Shown: positions 25,137 to 38,132 of the stretch, in pieces
Layout of the letters: every line of letters begins with the position of its first letter
Numbering within the stretch: the stretch's first letter is position 1
Source: Podarcis melisellensis
Lineage: Eukaryota
Direction: 5' to 3' (one strand)
NCBI GenBank assembly: GCA_964234715.1
Contig: OZ174275.1
Length of the DNA: 64,000 bases
Position numbers and translations under genes: made by a program
The notes under the pieces: model-generated
Told to the model about the DNA's origin: nothing
The model's database searches: none
Seen by the model: the letters and a program-made list of their open reading frames with translations, nothing else

Positions 25137-26763
25137 CACCCCCTCATAATGAAACAGATCACATCATAAAATATCTATATGTTAAAATATCAAAGAATGT
25201 TTGACTAAATTAAATGGTTTTTACCTGATGGAATTCAGTTGCAGAACTGTGCAATGGAAAAGACCACCCACCTTGCTTCAGAAGGCAGAGGACATGGAGG
25301 TCTATGATAATATATCTTATTATGAGGTATAATTTGCCACAGTATGTGCCCATAAAATACACTAGACTAGAGCATGCTTTTCAATCTCATTGAGTATATT
25401 TGCTTTTTTCTTGCTGAAATCTGGAGTGAGCTGTTAAAACCAGTCTTTCTTGAATGCTACCAGGAACTGAATAATGATTGGTAGGTTCTGCCACATTAAG
25501 GTGACGACTCTAGCATGACAAAATGCACACAGCCTCCAGAAGGTAGAAGGTGCAGTGTCCAAATACAGTGGTGCTACAAGGTTTAGCCATGACTACATTT
25601 GGGGGAAATGAGCCAAGTGCAAGCTAGGCATCAAGGAATGCCTGACAATCCAAATTTGGTGCATCTGTATCCAGAATATGAAGATGATAATCTAGATGAT
25701 GATGATGATGATGATATAACCATAACAGTTTTCATTTCACTTGGAAGAAGCAAAGTCAGGGTGATATCATCTAGATGTAGGCAGAATGGGGAGTCCCAAT
25801 CGCTTGCTCTGTCAGACTTTTCAGGAGTTGTTGAGGGAAGGAAAATAAGAATATATGTATGGAAAAATCTGCACAAAATGTGGCAATCTCATCTTATTTC
25901 ATGCAAAGCACTTTGAAGCTCTTTGAAACAGCATGCAATCCTTTATCTTTCTTTAGCCTTCATGTGACATGATACTTCTGTAAGTCACTGAGATAAAGCA
26001 TCACAAGAAGAAAATCTTTTGAATTACCTTGGTGACCTTGCTTTTTCAAAAAATGCAAATGTGTGTGGGAAATGTGATATCCCAGAAAAGCAAAAGTTGA
26101 AGAGAGCATGTCTTCCCTAAACGAATGAGAGAGAAAGCAACTATATGTGTGTGTGTGTGTTCTGTGGAGCCTTAAAGGCCCACTGGTTTATTGTTGCAGT
26201 GACACCCCCCCCCCCGAAACTGTATCCATGGTAGAAATGGCTGTGGAATGGCTAAGTTTGGACAGGGCTAGTGGGCCTATAGTAATTCATCCAGGATCAG
26301 GCTGCATACACAAGATACCCTTAAGCATGTGTTTCCCAATTAGTGGGTTGTTCTAAAGTGAATTTCTTAGGATGTTTTCAAAGGGTTTTGTTCTTTAGAT
26401 ATGTTCCAAATTCTTTTTAATGTATTATTTGGTGGTTTTGCATGTTCCTCTGAAGAAGGAAAACTTTTTCTAAATGCAGTTGGCATTAACAACCACAATA
26501 AACCTTAAGAGGGCATGTTTAAAACCTATTTGGCTGTATCCAATGCTAGTAATCTGAATAGACTCATTGAAATAATGAGCCTACTCTGAGTAGTGGGTCT
26601 ACTCTGAGTAGAGTCATACTCTTTTGTTTCCTGGGCTTTTGTTTTCCTTATTATGACAACATTTTAAAAATTTGTCAGAATATCCCACATTTTCAACAAT
26701 CGTTACCTCTCTCACATGGCACCTGCTGAAGGCCAAGGTTCTTGGAATTTTACCATTCCAGTA

Positions 26764-27005
26764 CAGTGGTACCTCGGGTTACATATGCTTCAGGTTACAG
26801 ACTCTGCAGGTTACAGACTCCGCTAACCCAGAAATAGTACCTCGGGTTAAGAACTTTGCTTCAGGATGAGAACAGAAATCACACGGCGGTGGCGCAGCAG
26901 CAGCGGGAGGCCCCATTAGCTAAAGTGTTGCTTCAGGTTAAGAACAGTTTCGGGTTAAGAACAGACCTCCGGAACGAATTAAGTACGTAACCAGAGCTAC
27001 CACTG
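26764..27005. mobile_element. Tigger-like mariner MITE (same family as 12178-12399)
   Basis: TIRs cagtggtacctcgggttac / gtaaccagagctaccactg, TA flanks; small internal duplication of caggttacagactc. Confidence 0.85.
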
Positions 27006-27119
27006 TATTAGGAAGAGCATTTCTCTGGATCTCATAGAAATGGCTTGCTCATTTGGCTGGTACAAGGAATGATTGTTAATTCTACCAAAAGAGAAAGAAG
27101 GAAAGAAAGAAAATCGTGT

Positions 27120-27551
27120 GTGTGCTTGAGATATACAGTAAAACGGTTCACACCACCTCAGTCTCCAAGCCGTGTGAGATTCCAGGGGTTCCAGGTGCTT
27201 AACCAGGGTTCAGTTTCCTTCAGAATGAGGTACAGTGAAGACTGTGGTGCCCTTAGGATATATGGTTTATTTACACATATATACAGCCTGCGCCTGCAAC
27301 TGAGAGACTCACAGCACTGAGACCTCAAGAGGGTCTTGCTTTTCACAGAGCCCCAGCTTTGTATTCTAGTGGTCATCAGGCATGGCTCTCTCTTTCTTTC
27401 TCTCTCAAGCTTTTGCCTGCTCCTAGCCTCTAGCTTCTAGTTCACACACCTCAACTCTGGCTTTCATCTTTCTAACTAGCAGGCAGCTGAGGGGGAAGGG
27501 TTGCTTCCATTTGTCATCTGGCACACAGCCACTTACTTTGTTACCTTAACA
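27120..27551 (-). mobile_element. Probable solo LTR; diverged homolog at about 9290-9880
   Basis: Both loci share gtttcctt..agaatgagg...gactgtggtg..ctta..gatatatgg...ttacacatatataca.cctg...cacagca...caagagggtcttgctt. AATAAA on the minus strand near 27268. LTR identity is inferred; boundaries approximate. Confidence 0.5.
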
Positions 27552-29003
27552 CATAGGTTCCAACTCATTGTAGCCCTGGGTGCCCGAGCAGCCACAAAAT
27601 TCTGCATGAAGGGGTCGGGCACCCACAAATTTCAGTGTCAGGGCCATGCACACTGCCTGGCACCCATGGCCCCAGGCACCCATGGTTGTGGGGCCAAGTT
27701 GGCATTGCAGCCTTAACAACTCATACTATGGAGGGGCATTATCAAGACACTTGTCTGGCTATTCCAGCTACTGGGTTCTTGTTAAAAGTATTAGAAGGAA
27801 CTCGGGCATACAACATACCCCTCCCACCCCTCACCAAACTCACAGCAGTACTTTTCAAATGTAGCCTTTGAAGGGTAACAGAAGAGCACAGTATTAACAC
27901 ATTAAAAGCTGTAACAGAAAATAGGGCAATCTTCCAGGTTACAACACAAGTCCACATCAGACCCCATAATGGAACTCATGTATTTTATTTGGCTGGTTCT
28001 TGTTTGCTAAATCTTGCTGTTTCGGACAAAGGACAAAGAAACCTGAATCTGCTAAACCGAAGCTTCCTTTTAATGCTAAATTCACTTTTATGGCCTTTTA
28101 AGAACTGACAGAGCAACATAAAAAGGAGAGAGAGATGGAAAAGCAAAACCCTAAAGAACTAGAATATGTTTTGAGGTATAACACAGCAGGGGGATATTGT
28201 AGACTGATCAAGTGGCAGTTAGAGAGAGGAGAGGGAGAAATAAGAACCCAAAGGAAAACAAAATGTAAGGCTGAGCAAAAAAGCTTGGCTTTGGTAAAGG
28301 TAAAAGAGAACAATTTTATGCCTTAATAAAAGATTGCTTATTTTATTGATTTCAAAATAAACTAGCCTGTTCACTCCTGAATAAACCAGCTGAAGCTTGA
28401 AAAACACAGGCATTCATATGGCCTTGGGCAGCACTGAAGCCCCAAGCTAATAACTCTTGCCTCAGCCAAATAAGTCTACCAAAACTGGTGTTCTCTCACT
28501 GCAAGGGCATTCATCTCCTGGGTGAGGGGCATGTGGGATAAAGGAAAAGCATTGCAGCTATCAGATCTCTTTAACTATGTGCCAATCTAAATAAAATGCG
28601 GAGGGTGCCAGTGCTGCTATTTGTTCTGCTTTCATTGCTACTAAATGGAAGCATCTACAAAAGCTAAATTTTTAGCACTCCGGAAGCAAGAATTTTGCCA
28701 ATATTTCTATTTTCCAATGGGATGGTTTTACGTTTTAAAGCCGTTTGCTCTGCTATAAGCAAGAACTTTCCTTCACTGTCTTACAACGATAAGGCAACAG
28801 AATTAAATAAGGACAAATCAATACAAAGTAGGGAGGTAAGGGGGAAAACTATTTCCAACAACTAATGTCCAGGAGGAAAGCTAGGCAAAATAAAGCAAGC
28901 AAGCAAGAGAAGTACCCAGGAATACCTTTTAGCAGTGTCTGGTTAGTAGGGCAGCTACGGCCATTCCTGAACAGAAACAGCATGACCTCAGTTGTCGATG
29001 CAT

Positions 29004-29146
29004 TAGAATAATAGAATTAAAGAGTTGGAAGATACCACGAGAGTAATCTAGTCCAACCCTCTGCAATGGAGGACTCTTTTGCCCAATGTGGTGCTCCAAC
29101 ACATAACCCTGAGATTAAGAATCTCATGGTCCACTGACTGAGCTAT
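29004..29146 (-). mobile_element. tRNA-Lys(CTT)-derived SINE with CR1-type 3' tail
   Basis: Minus strand atagctcagtcagtggaccatgagattcttaatctcagggttatgtgttggagcaccacattgggc resembles tRNA-Lys-CTT, followed by cattgcagagggttggactaga...cttccaactc...attcta. Confidence 0.8.
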
Positions 29147-32100
29147 ATTGGTGCCTTCAAGATTAGTTTATTGCAATGTGCTTTGTTAGAGGCTGCCCTT
29201 AAGGTTGGCCTAGAAGCTGCAGCTGCTGTGTATCATTGTGGCTTGACTGCTGCTGTGGCAGTGGTGCAGTGAGAGTGCCCTCCCAGCAGCAGAGGTGCTA
29301 CATTTGCTGGGGAAGGGCAACAGTGAGGACAGGAGAGCTGCAGGCTGGTGGCAATGGCTGCTTACAAGTAAGTGCATCATAAGCGATGCCAGAGGGGGGC
29401 ACAGTCCCATCCATCACAAAACGTAAGATAGTATAAAGGAGGAGGCAGCTTTCTTGATGCATTAAGCTCAAGCCAATTAGGAGTATTGAAGAGCCTATTT
29501 GTAAATGAATTTGTGATATCATCTTAACCCACGTTCCACCAAACCCATAAGGTTTCTACAATATGGTGAAAAAGGCAGTGCAATTAGGGTTGTTGACTTT
29601 TCATGGGTGGCATTCAACTACATTTTACTCAGAACTGACTCCCTGAAATGAATGAACATGACTAAGGTAGGTCCATTACTTTAATTGGGTTTACTCTGAG
29701 TAAAACTTAGTTGACTACCACCCTATTCCAAGCTTTTTTGGCCTACCATTTCATCACTAGGTTTAGGTACATATAACATTAAAAGAAATCAATGAAGCTC
29801 TGTGGGCCATTTATGGAACATATAAAATATTCTTTTCACTGCATTTAAGCAGAATACTTGTAGGATAACCATCTATGTCCTAGTGAGCGATGAAAATGTA
29901 CTTTGAGATAACAGTGCTTTCGATCTCACCTAAATGTTGGTGTGGGGACTCCAAAATAAATTGAAACATTTGTCTATTTTACTTGTTTAGCCAGTTGCAT
30001 TGCTTTTAAATTTTGAGATGGCTGATGTTTGTTAAAATTATTTTTAACAAAATGATTGCCTGCTGCTGGTTATGGCCTCTCAATAAAAATAGCACATTAG
30101 TCAGTGAGGAGGCTGCCAGCATGATGTATAATTTACGGGTTTACTGTTTTAGGATCTCTGCTGTTTTAAGATATCTTACTATCTGGTATGATCAAAACAA
30201 AGATGGATTTTATGCATCTGTTTTGCAATACCACGGTGCTGTGGTCTGTGATAAATTGGCGCGCTTTCCTTGCTGACTGTTTATGGCTTATTTCAATATT
30301 AATGCTATGGCAACCTCTAGTGCCCCTACAATTTCTGGGTATTGTTACAGATCTCGGGTAATGGAGTTTGGGGATGCAAAGGCACCCATAATTTTTATTC
30401 ACATAACTTTAGCCACATTGCATGTTGATTCTGTAGTTTCTTGACAAATATTGCTTTTTGACGTGTTTTATTTCCTCAAAGCACCTTCAGTCTGATCTGA
30501 CTAGAAAACGTAACTCACATCCACTTTGTACTGCTTTGATGCCGACAACATCTGGGGACCCAGAGTTGAGAAAGGCTGAATTAGAGACTTGGACGCCAAT
30601 CCTAGACCCATTTGCCTGTGAGTAAGTCCCACTGAATTCAATAGGACTGACTTCTGAGTGGATGTGATTATGGTTGTGCTGTTAGTTACAATGGGCAATG
30701 GAGGCTAAGGTCTCATATCTTACGAATCTCAACATACTAACTGTTCATTAGTTCACTTAAAAATGATGTCCTGCTTTATCTGTATTCAAACCTCACAGTA
30801 GTGCCCATAGGTTTCCATTAGCATGAATCAAAGTATATCGTATAGCAAGGTAATCTCCTAATGTAAAATAACTATGTCAACTTTATATTAGAACCTCTAT
30901 CGAGTAGGCAAATTTTCTGTAGGTTTTGATTCTCATCAAATCACCACTGGGATTTGATGGTGGTTTCTTTGCAGATGTCTCCTTCTTCCCTATGATTTCT
31001 GCACAGTGAGCTGGATCATAAATATGATCCCAAGCAAGTATAAATGTACGGCATCTATTGCTGAGGTACCTTCAGGCTGAGCAACAGCCTCAATAGTGTG
31101 GCTCACCACCAACCAGGGGAAGAAATAAGATTTTAATCCAGAAGAAGTAAAAAGTGACTTTGGTTTATTTATAACTTTTGGAAAGAGATGAGAAATCAAG
31201 GAAGGTTTAGATTGTTCAGCAGGCTATCAAATACTTAGAAGCCCACAAACAACTTAATAGTAGCGGGTCTTCTGTTCCTCAAATCCTTGCAGATTAGGCT
31301 TCACCACTGGGAAGCAGTAGAATTAGATGGCAGCTCCACTCCCAATATATGTTTCTGTCCTGGGGGATTCTGGATTTGCAGCTTTGTCTGTCAGGGTTAT
31401 GCTCAATTAGGCTTCCTTAGAAATCTTTACAAGGCCTCTACTGCATAAGCTCTCCTAGCTCTGTAAAGACTCTGATCTCTCTTGTTCACAGAGATGGGCC
31501 ATCATACCTGGTGCCCGTGGGGACTGATGCAGTGGAAGGCAGGGAGCCCAGACAGGAAATGGAGCCAGAGGCAGTGGCAGGCAGAGCCATACCCCTCAGC
31601 TGTCCTGATTTAAGCATGGCATCTTGTTTTGGGGGACCATGCTTTCACGAGTCATCTGGTTCTTGCAAAATCACAGCTCTGAAAGACGTGTGTTTTGTGG
31701 TGCTGTGCTCTTGTGCGAGTCACCAGGCTCCTGCGAGATCACGGTCCCCAGAGACACGCATTCCAGTTTTCCTCTGGGCCTCATTGGCAGGTACACGCCT
31801 CTTGCCTTCTGTTCAATGCCCAGTGTGGTGGAACAAACTACACTGCCCTAAATCCGTCTCTGGTGCTCAGCACCTTGGCTTGAGTTGGGCAGCCATTTTC
31901 TCCTCTGCCTCAGGCAGCAAAATGATTATGAGCCGTTCAGTACATGTAAGATATTGCCAGGGCTTTCTGGAGGCTTCATTAGTGTCAATAGCACATTTAA
32001 AAGGGCTATCCCTCTCCTCAGAGGGTCAATTACCAATTTTTGGAATGTGGAGGGGGGAACCCACCACAGAGCACAGCTCCTTGCAATATTTCTTTGGCAA

Positions 32101-35100
32101 TTCTAAACCTGTGCAGTGTAAGCTAATATCTGAAGGAGGACGAGAGATATCTGTCTACTCATTTCCCCCCACCTCACCATCCGTAACACTTATTTCACCG
32201 TAATTATTCTACTGTTACTGCTCCCAGCACCTCAGTTAAGAGTGTGTCAGCACTTTCATTATGAAAGATCTATTTACAGGGCCTAAGAATTTGGCTCAGG
32301 AGGAGACTGTGAACAACCTTGTATTGTGAAACATTTGTGTGTGTGAGAGAGAGACTGTTTATCTAAATTACATGAATATCACTTAAAAAGAGAGAAGGAA
32401 ACGAGGCAAGCTGAACATATATCTGTTAAGCCATAGCACCCTCGTCAGGTCTGATTCATGCAGCCAATGAGCAGGTATGGCCATCTGATTTCTTTTGTGC
32501 CCTGACATACACAGTTTCTGAACTTGGAGGAAGTTCTGAAAACAGGTGGCTAAGTGACACAGTACAATAACAAAGTATGTGGTAGGTCACATCAACAGCA
32601 AATGTTTGAAGCACATTTAAAGTTCCTGAAGATTCCTGGGCACTAGTTTGTTAATGGTGCTGGGAACTGTAGCTCTGCAATGGGGTAAACTACAGTTCCC
32701 AGGATTCTTTTGGGGAAGCCATGTGCTTTAAACAGCTTGAAATGTATGGTGTGGCTGTGGCTGTAAAGTCATCATCCCATAATCCCATTTACTATGAACA
32801 AACGGCATACTGGCGAGGCATGCTGTTAACTCAAGCTGTGTGAAGTGGCCATTAATCAGCTTAAATCTGAGAGGTCTTGTTTAACTGGCTTGTGGAATAA
32901 GCTTCCCCTACAGGACTGAAATGAAGAGATTGGATGTGAAATACGATTCATGCTACCTGGTGTCATTCATTGCTGCCCTTAATTAGGTAGGCTGCAGTAT
33001 GGGAGCAGGGGGATGACAACTTGAGTCAAGCGTTTTAAAACATTGGCTTGGCTCCAGAGTTGTATGGAACAGAATTCTTCCAACTGCATGCTCCCAAGGG
33101 AGGAAGGGAAGAGACAACCCCTCTCCCTTGCCAGCCCCCAGTGTCCCCTAAAATCTGCTCTCGCTTCTGCGAATGAGCAGGTCTGGAGCTAACTCTTTGA
33201 AAAAGATACTATTAATAAGAGAGTTACCACTGACTTTTGCTCAAGAATGAACTGAGGCCAGATCAATTCCAAGTTCAACCTTAGGTAGACTGTGGATTTG
33301 TGGAAGAAGGAGAGGTTGGGCTCATCAGAATCTGAGGAGCTATGGTGTATCCCAGCCATTGGACTTTTCCAGATGATCTGTTTATTGAGAATTCATCTTC
33401 ATTTGCTTGTGCAAAGTTAGACTGGGGCTGCATTTGCACACCACACATTTAAAGCAATCCTAGGAGCTTCAGTTTAAGAGTTGCAAGGGTACCTCTATTC
33501 CCCCTCCTAGAGCTACACTTCTCAGAGTGGTTTAACAATCAATCCCTCTGGGAACTCTAATGTGAGGGGAGTAGGCATCTCTTAACAACTCTCAACAACT
33601 CCTAGGATTGTTCAGGGGAAGCCATGACTTTATTGACAATTAGATGGTCCTCTTTCCTATTTCTATGTGTCTCTTCCTTTATTGAGTATTCATTCTGATT
33701 TGTTTATATTTCTTCTTGTTAACCATCCATTCACCCCACGTTTTTCAGAGCACTCTCCAAATTGAAAAAAGTGCAACCGGGATTTTTTTTTAAGTGTTTT
33801 TTTTTTGGGGGGGGAGCTTTGTTGCACCAGGGTGACAGGCCCTTTAATCCACTTTAATTGTCCCAAAGGGATACCATCAAATCCCTTACCAAAAATACTG
33901 ACAGTCTGGAAGCAGCGACTATCTCTGATGTACACAGCAATCCCTATCAAAACTCCTATTTGGGACATTGCAAATGCATTGGAAGCGACCGTTTTGTGAG
34001 CCCATCAAGAAGACTCCTTGTCTCCTTTGTACAAGTGCATTAAACCACCCGGGTAGTTTTGATTCATTTCAATTCCACCACCCATCCCATGGCTTTTCCT
34101 GAGGCAGGAAATAAATAAATAAATAAATAAACAAACAGTATTTCTATCCTATCCTCTTCTCAGTAAGGTGGCATGTGAGGCATAACCGTAGGGTTCAGTG
34201 AGTCGCCTTTGATTTAATAACATTTGCTTCACATAACTTATCTACAGGTAGCAAGAGATAAATCACCCACAGGTTAATTCTTGAAAGTTCAAAAGCATTT
34301 TGGATAAGCTGCATATTTGTGCATGTTGAGGCTGCCCTTAAGCTGCTTTAATTTATGCAACCAGGACTTACTCAGCAAGTCACCATAACTCTTATTGACC
34401 TTGGCAGCTGTCGTATTGCTCATCCACTTTTATGTAGCCTGGGTGTCAACATTCAGGGAAAGTAACTGGAGTTTATAGGCACAGTTTTATTTTCAGGTCA
34501 GAACAAAACTTACCTTTCCAAAAGCACTCGGTAGCAACCAGTCATGATCAATCAAGATCTCCCTTGCAGGGCAGATTCTCAGAAGCAGTTTTCTTGCCAT
34601 GTGGTATGATCCAAAAGCCCAGAAATCTCTTGCCATGCTTGGCTCCCCTAGTCATCAACACATAAGGAGCAACTCGTATTTTTAAGGCTTTAGAACAGAG
34701 ATGCATATCTTAGGGCCTAATTTCATGCAACTTTAAATGTGTAGCTTGAAACGATTTTTTTTTAAAAAAAATGAAAGTAAGTGCCTGGACAGAGATCCAG
34801 ATGGGGATCACAATAGAGAGGGAAGGGAGGTTTAACCCTTCCTTCTCCTTGCAATTTCAAGGGGCAAAGAGCATTCTCCAGCACAGCAAATAGTAAGGGT
34901 GCAAAACACCCTTCTATTTGCCATATTTTTTCAGGGACGCAAGTCCTGTTTAACTCAATAGGGGTTACTTCTGAGTTGACATAAATAGAATTGCATAGTA
35001 AAAGACAGCAGTGTACCACATCAAGGGTCAACACATGGATAACATACACAATGGTGTTGTGGTAACAAAAATATGTATCCATAGACACTAAACATATTTA

Positions 35101-35134
35101 TTTGATTAATATAATATCAGAAAGTGATTTCAAA

Positions 35135-35193
35135 AACAATTCCATATATAAAATAACAATTCCATATATAAAATAACAATTCCATATATAAAA
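35135..35193. repeat. 20-bp tandem repeat, about 3 copies (aacaattccatatataaaat)
   Basis: Direct reading. Confidence 0.92.
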
Positions 35194-35350
35194 AATCCAC
35201 ATATAAAAACAATTTCATTTGTGAAAATAGTTTCAGAACCTGCCCATTATGTTGTGGTATGTAAGTTGAAATTTGTCTTTGAAGTTGTTGTATACCCCAA
35301 ATGGCCCCCGGGTTAGTTGCCATTGCTATTGTTGCACTAAAGAAGGCTTA

Positions 35351-35440
35351 GGCTGCAATCCTAGGCATACTTACGCGAGAGGAAGTCCCACTGAACTCAG
35401 TGGAGCTGACTCCAAAGAAAGTGTTCACAGGATTGCAGTC
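35351..35440. repeat. About 90-bp palindromic MITE family; relatives near 3410-3495, 7933-8020, 26534-26612, 29605-29725, 30595-30680, 34935-34995, 36690-36770 and 45580-45650
   Basis: Ends ggctgcaatcct / aggattgcagtc; core aagtcccactgaactcagtgg is recurrent across the window. Confidence 0.65.
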
Positions 35441-37799
35441 TTAGTGGTGTCAAGCTCGGCTGATGGACAGGTCTTGGAACAATTATCCCCCAGAGTAGCC
35501 TGGCACAAACAATCAGGGCATAGTGCCATCTGCTGCAGTAACTCTTGATGACAGATGTCACCACTGTTGGACAGTCAGTGTAATATGTGGCATTTTTGTT
35601 TTGACCTAAAATTGATTACCTCACCTTTTGAAAAAAGACTAGCAAATAACTATGCTAATCAAGATGTATCAAGTCACACAGGTCACCATCAAACTGCCAA
35701 GGTCTGCATCATTTAGGCAACAAAACACTCTTTAGGTATTATCTCAGAAGGGCTAAATCTGTACCAAAAATATGGAGCACAGCATTTTTATTACCCACCT
35801 ATTGGATATTTGCCCAATGTGCTTTTGCTATTTATTCCCTATCTGGCAAATAAAGTGGGGGAGATACATAAAAATAAAAATTAGCAAGTATTAAATATAT
35901 GTTCGATCAGAGACCTACAATTTTTAGAGTTGTTTAACAATAACACTTCCTGGGGAACTCGTAGCTGTATGAAGGACCAGTATGTCAGCCCTTTTATAAA
36001 TAAATAAATACAGGTAACTCACGGCTCACACTTGTTATATTTATGTGATCATAGCTTTACATGGGTTGGTGGGTAATAAATAAATAGAGAGCAGAGGAAC
36101 CCCACCATTTTCTACTCTCTATTTATTTATTTCCCACCCTTTGTGCTAACTGCAGTTGTGGGCTTGCCAGGCTTTGGGGAAAGGTGGAAGGGCTCTGGCA
36201 GCATCCTAGAGCCCTCGTGAAGCCTTCCCAGAGCTCAATAAGCAGCCCTCCACCTTATGTGGCGGGGACTGGTTCCTGGGGTTCCGGGCTTTATTGGGTT
36301 TTGTGTTTACATGTGGGCCCCCAAAGTGAACCCTCACATAAGATGTGACTTACTTATACAGACGCCAATAAGAGGTGAGAATAATCTATTCATCTAGGCT
36401 CAAATTTTAAAGGCCATGAGAAATACTTAAATCTATAGTACTTAAATATATATTTAAGCTTTCTGCCACATCAGCTTGCCCAGTCCATTAAGATAAACTT
36501 GGGAGGCCCTGCTCTGAATTCACATCTGGAACCCATTCTGATGTCTTTCTGGTAACTGGCAAGAACACCTTTTTATTTTTCCAAGCCTTCTTAAATTATT
36601 GCTTTTAGCTTTTATTTCACTTACTTTTTCTTACTGCTTTGGTTTTTCATATTACTCTTTGATTGTTAATAGGTTTATTTGACTGTAATGCTGCAGTCCT
36701 TATACACACTTTGCTCAGGGGAGGGGCAAATGAACAACTTACTTCTGAGTAGGCATCTACAGAATTGAACTCTGAGCTGTCTTGATGGTCAGCGCTCATC
36801 GTCTTTCTTATATGACTTTTCATTGACGTGCAATTGTTTGTTAACCTTTCAAGGCAAACTTGTCCTTAACCTCAAGGCTGTCATAGGTGGCCAGTAAAGA
36901 TACTGTATCCAAATGTGTGCTGAGGTGAGAAAACCCTTGGAGCAATCTCCGGAAAGGAATCCTCCAGACACATGAAGTACCTGCCATTAGAAATTCACCA
37001 GAGAAACTGAGAAGGAAAACAGGAGCCCACCATTTGCAAGTTCAGCTTTTCAAGGGACTACTTGACCTGCTTCTACACATCTTCCTTTGCCAATGAAAAA
37101 CATAATCTCTCACTGGCCAAAAGGTGATAGAACACACATTTCTCTTAAATGCCTGAGGATCTGAACTTTTGAGGCCACATAAACTAATATTTACTTCTAA
37201 GCCAGCATGTATAATATCAGAATGCAGAGAAATGATTCCACCCTTCTACATTGCTAAGGGGATATGAAAAGGATGTCTTCAACCTGACACAGGATTCACA
37301 ATAAAAAAAACCTGACTCTTGACACTAAACCTAATGATCAACAGCCATGATCAAATGGCACGTTAAGATCCCCTGTGCCTCTTTGGCTTCACTTTTATGT
37401 ACACATACACATACCTGCTCATACACACAATGTCCAATGTAAAATGCATATTTATTTATTTGATTCCATTTAAAAATTGCTTCCCATAATATATATATCT
37501 ATAGGATATCAAGAGATTTCACACTAAAAACATCAACAATTCTCCCTGCAAGAACAATTCCCTATATCTAAACAGTTAAAACAATAACATATATAAAAAC
37601 AATTCAAAACCGAAACAGATACGGCAGCCTCATCTTCCCAAGAGTAGTGCAAGGTTTTTTCTTAACAGAGTGCACTGTTCCCACATGGAAGGAGCCTCTC
37701 AAACAAGATCTGAGAATCATATGTTCATTTTTATCAGACATCAGTTGTCACCATCACTGTGAAGGTTTCTTCACAATGCAGTAAATCAGATGTGCTGAG

Positions 37800-38132
37800 T
37801 AAAAGTAAAGGTAAAGGTACCCCTGCCCGTACGGGCCAGTCTTGACAGACAGGGGCCAGCGCTGTCCGAAGACACTTCCGGGTCACGTGGCTAGCGTGAC
37901 ATCGCTGCTCTGGCGAGCCAGAGCCGCACACGGAAACGCCGTTTACCTTCCCGCTAGTAAGCGGTCCCTATTTATCTACTTGCACCCGGAGGTGCTTTCG
38001 AACTGCTAGGTTGGCAGGCGCTGGGACCGAGCAGCGGGAGCGCATCCCGCCGCAGGGATTCGAACCGCCGACCTTTCAATCGGCAAGTCCTAGGCGCTGA
38101 GGCTTTAACCCACAGCACCACCTGCGTCCTTC
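37800..38132 (-). mobile_element. Sauria SINE, CpG-rich copy with a 3' internal deletion
   Basis: Same head and box B as the 24576 copy; (ACCTTT)n tail; perfect 13-bp TSD cagatgtgctgag at 37787-37799 and 38133-38145. Confidence 0.92.
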
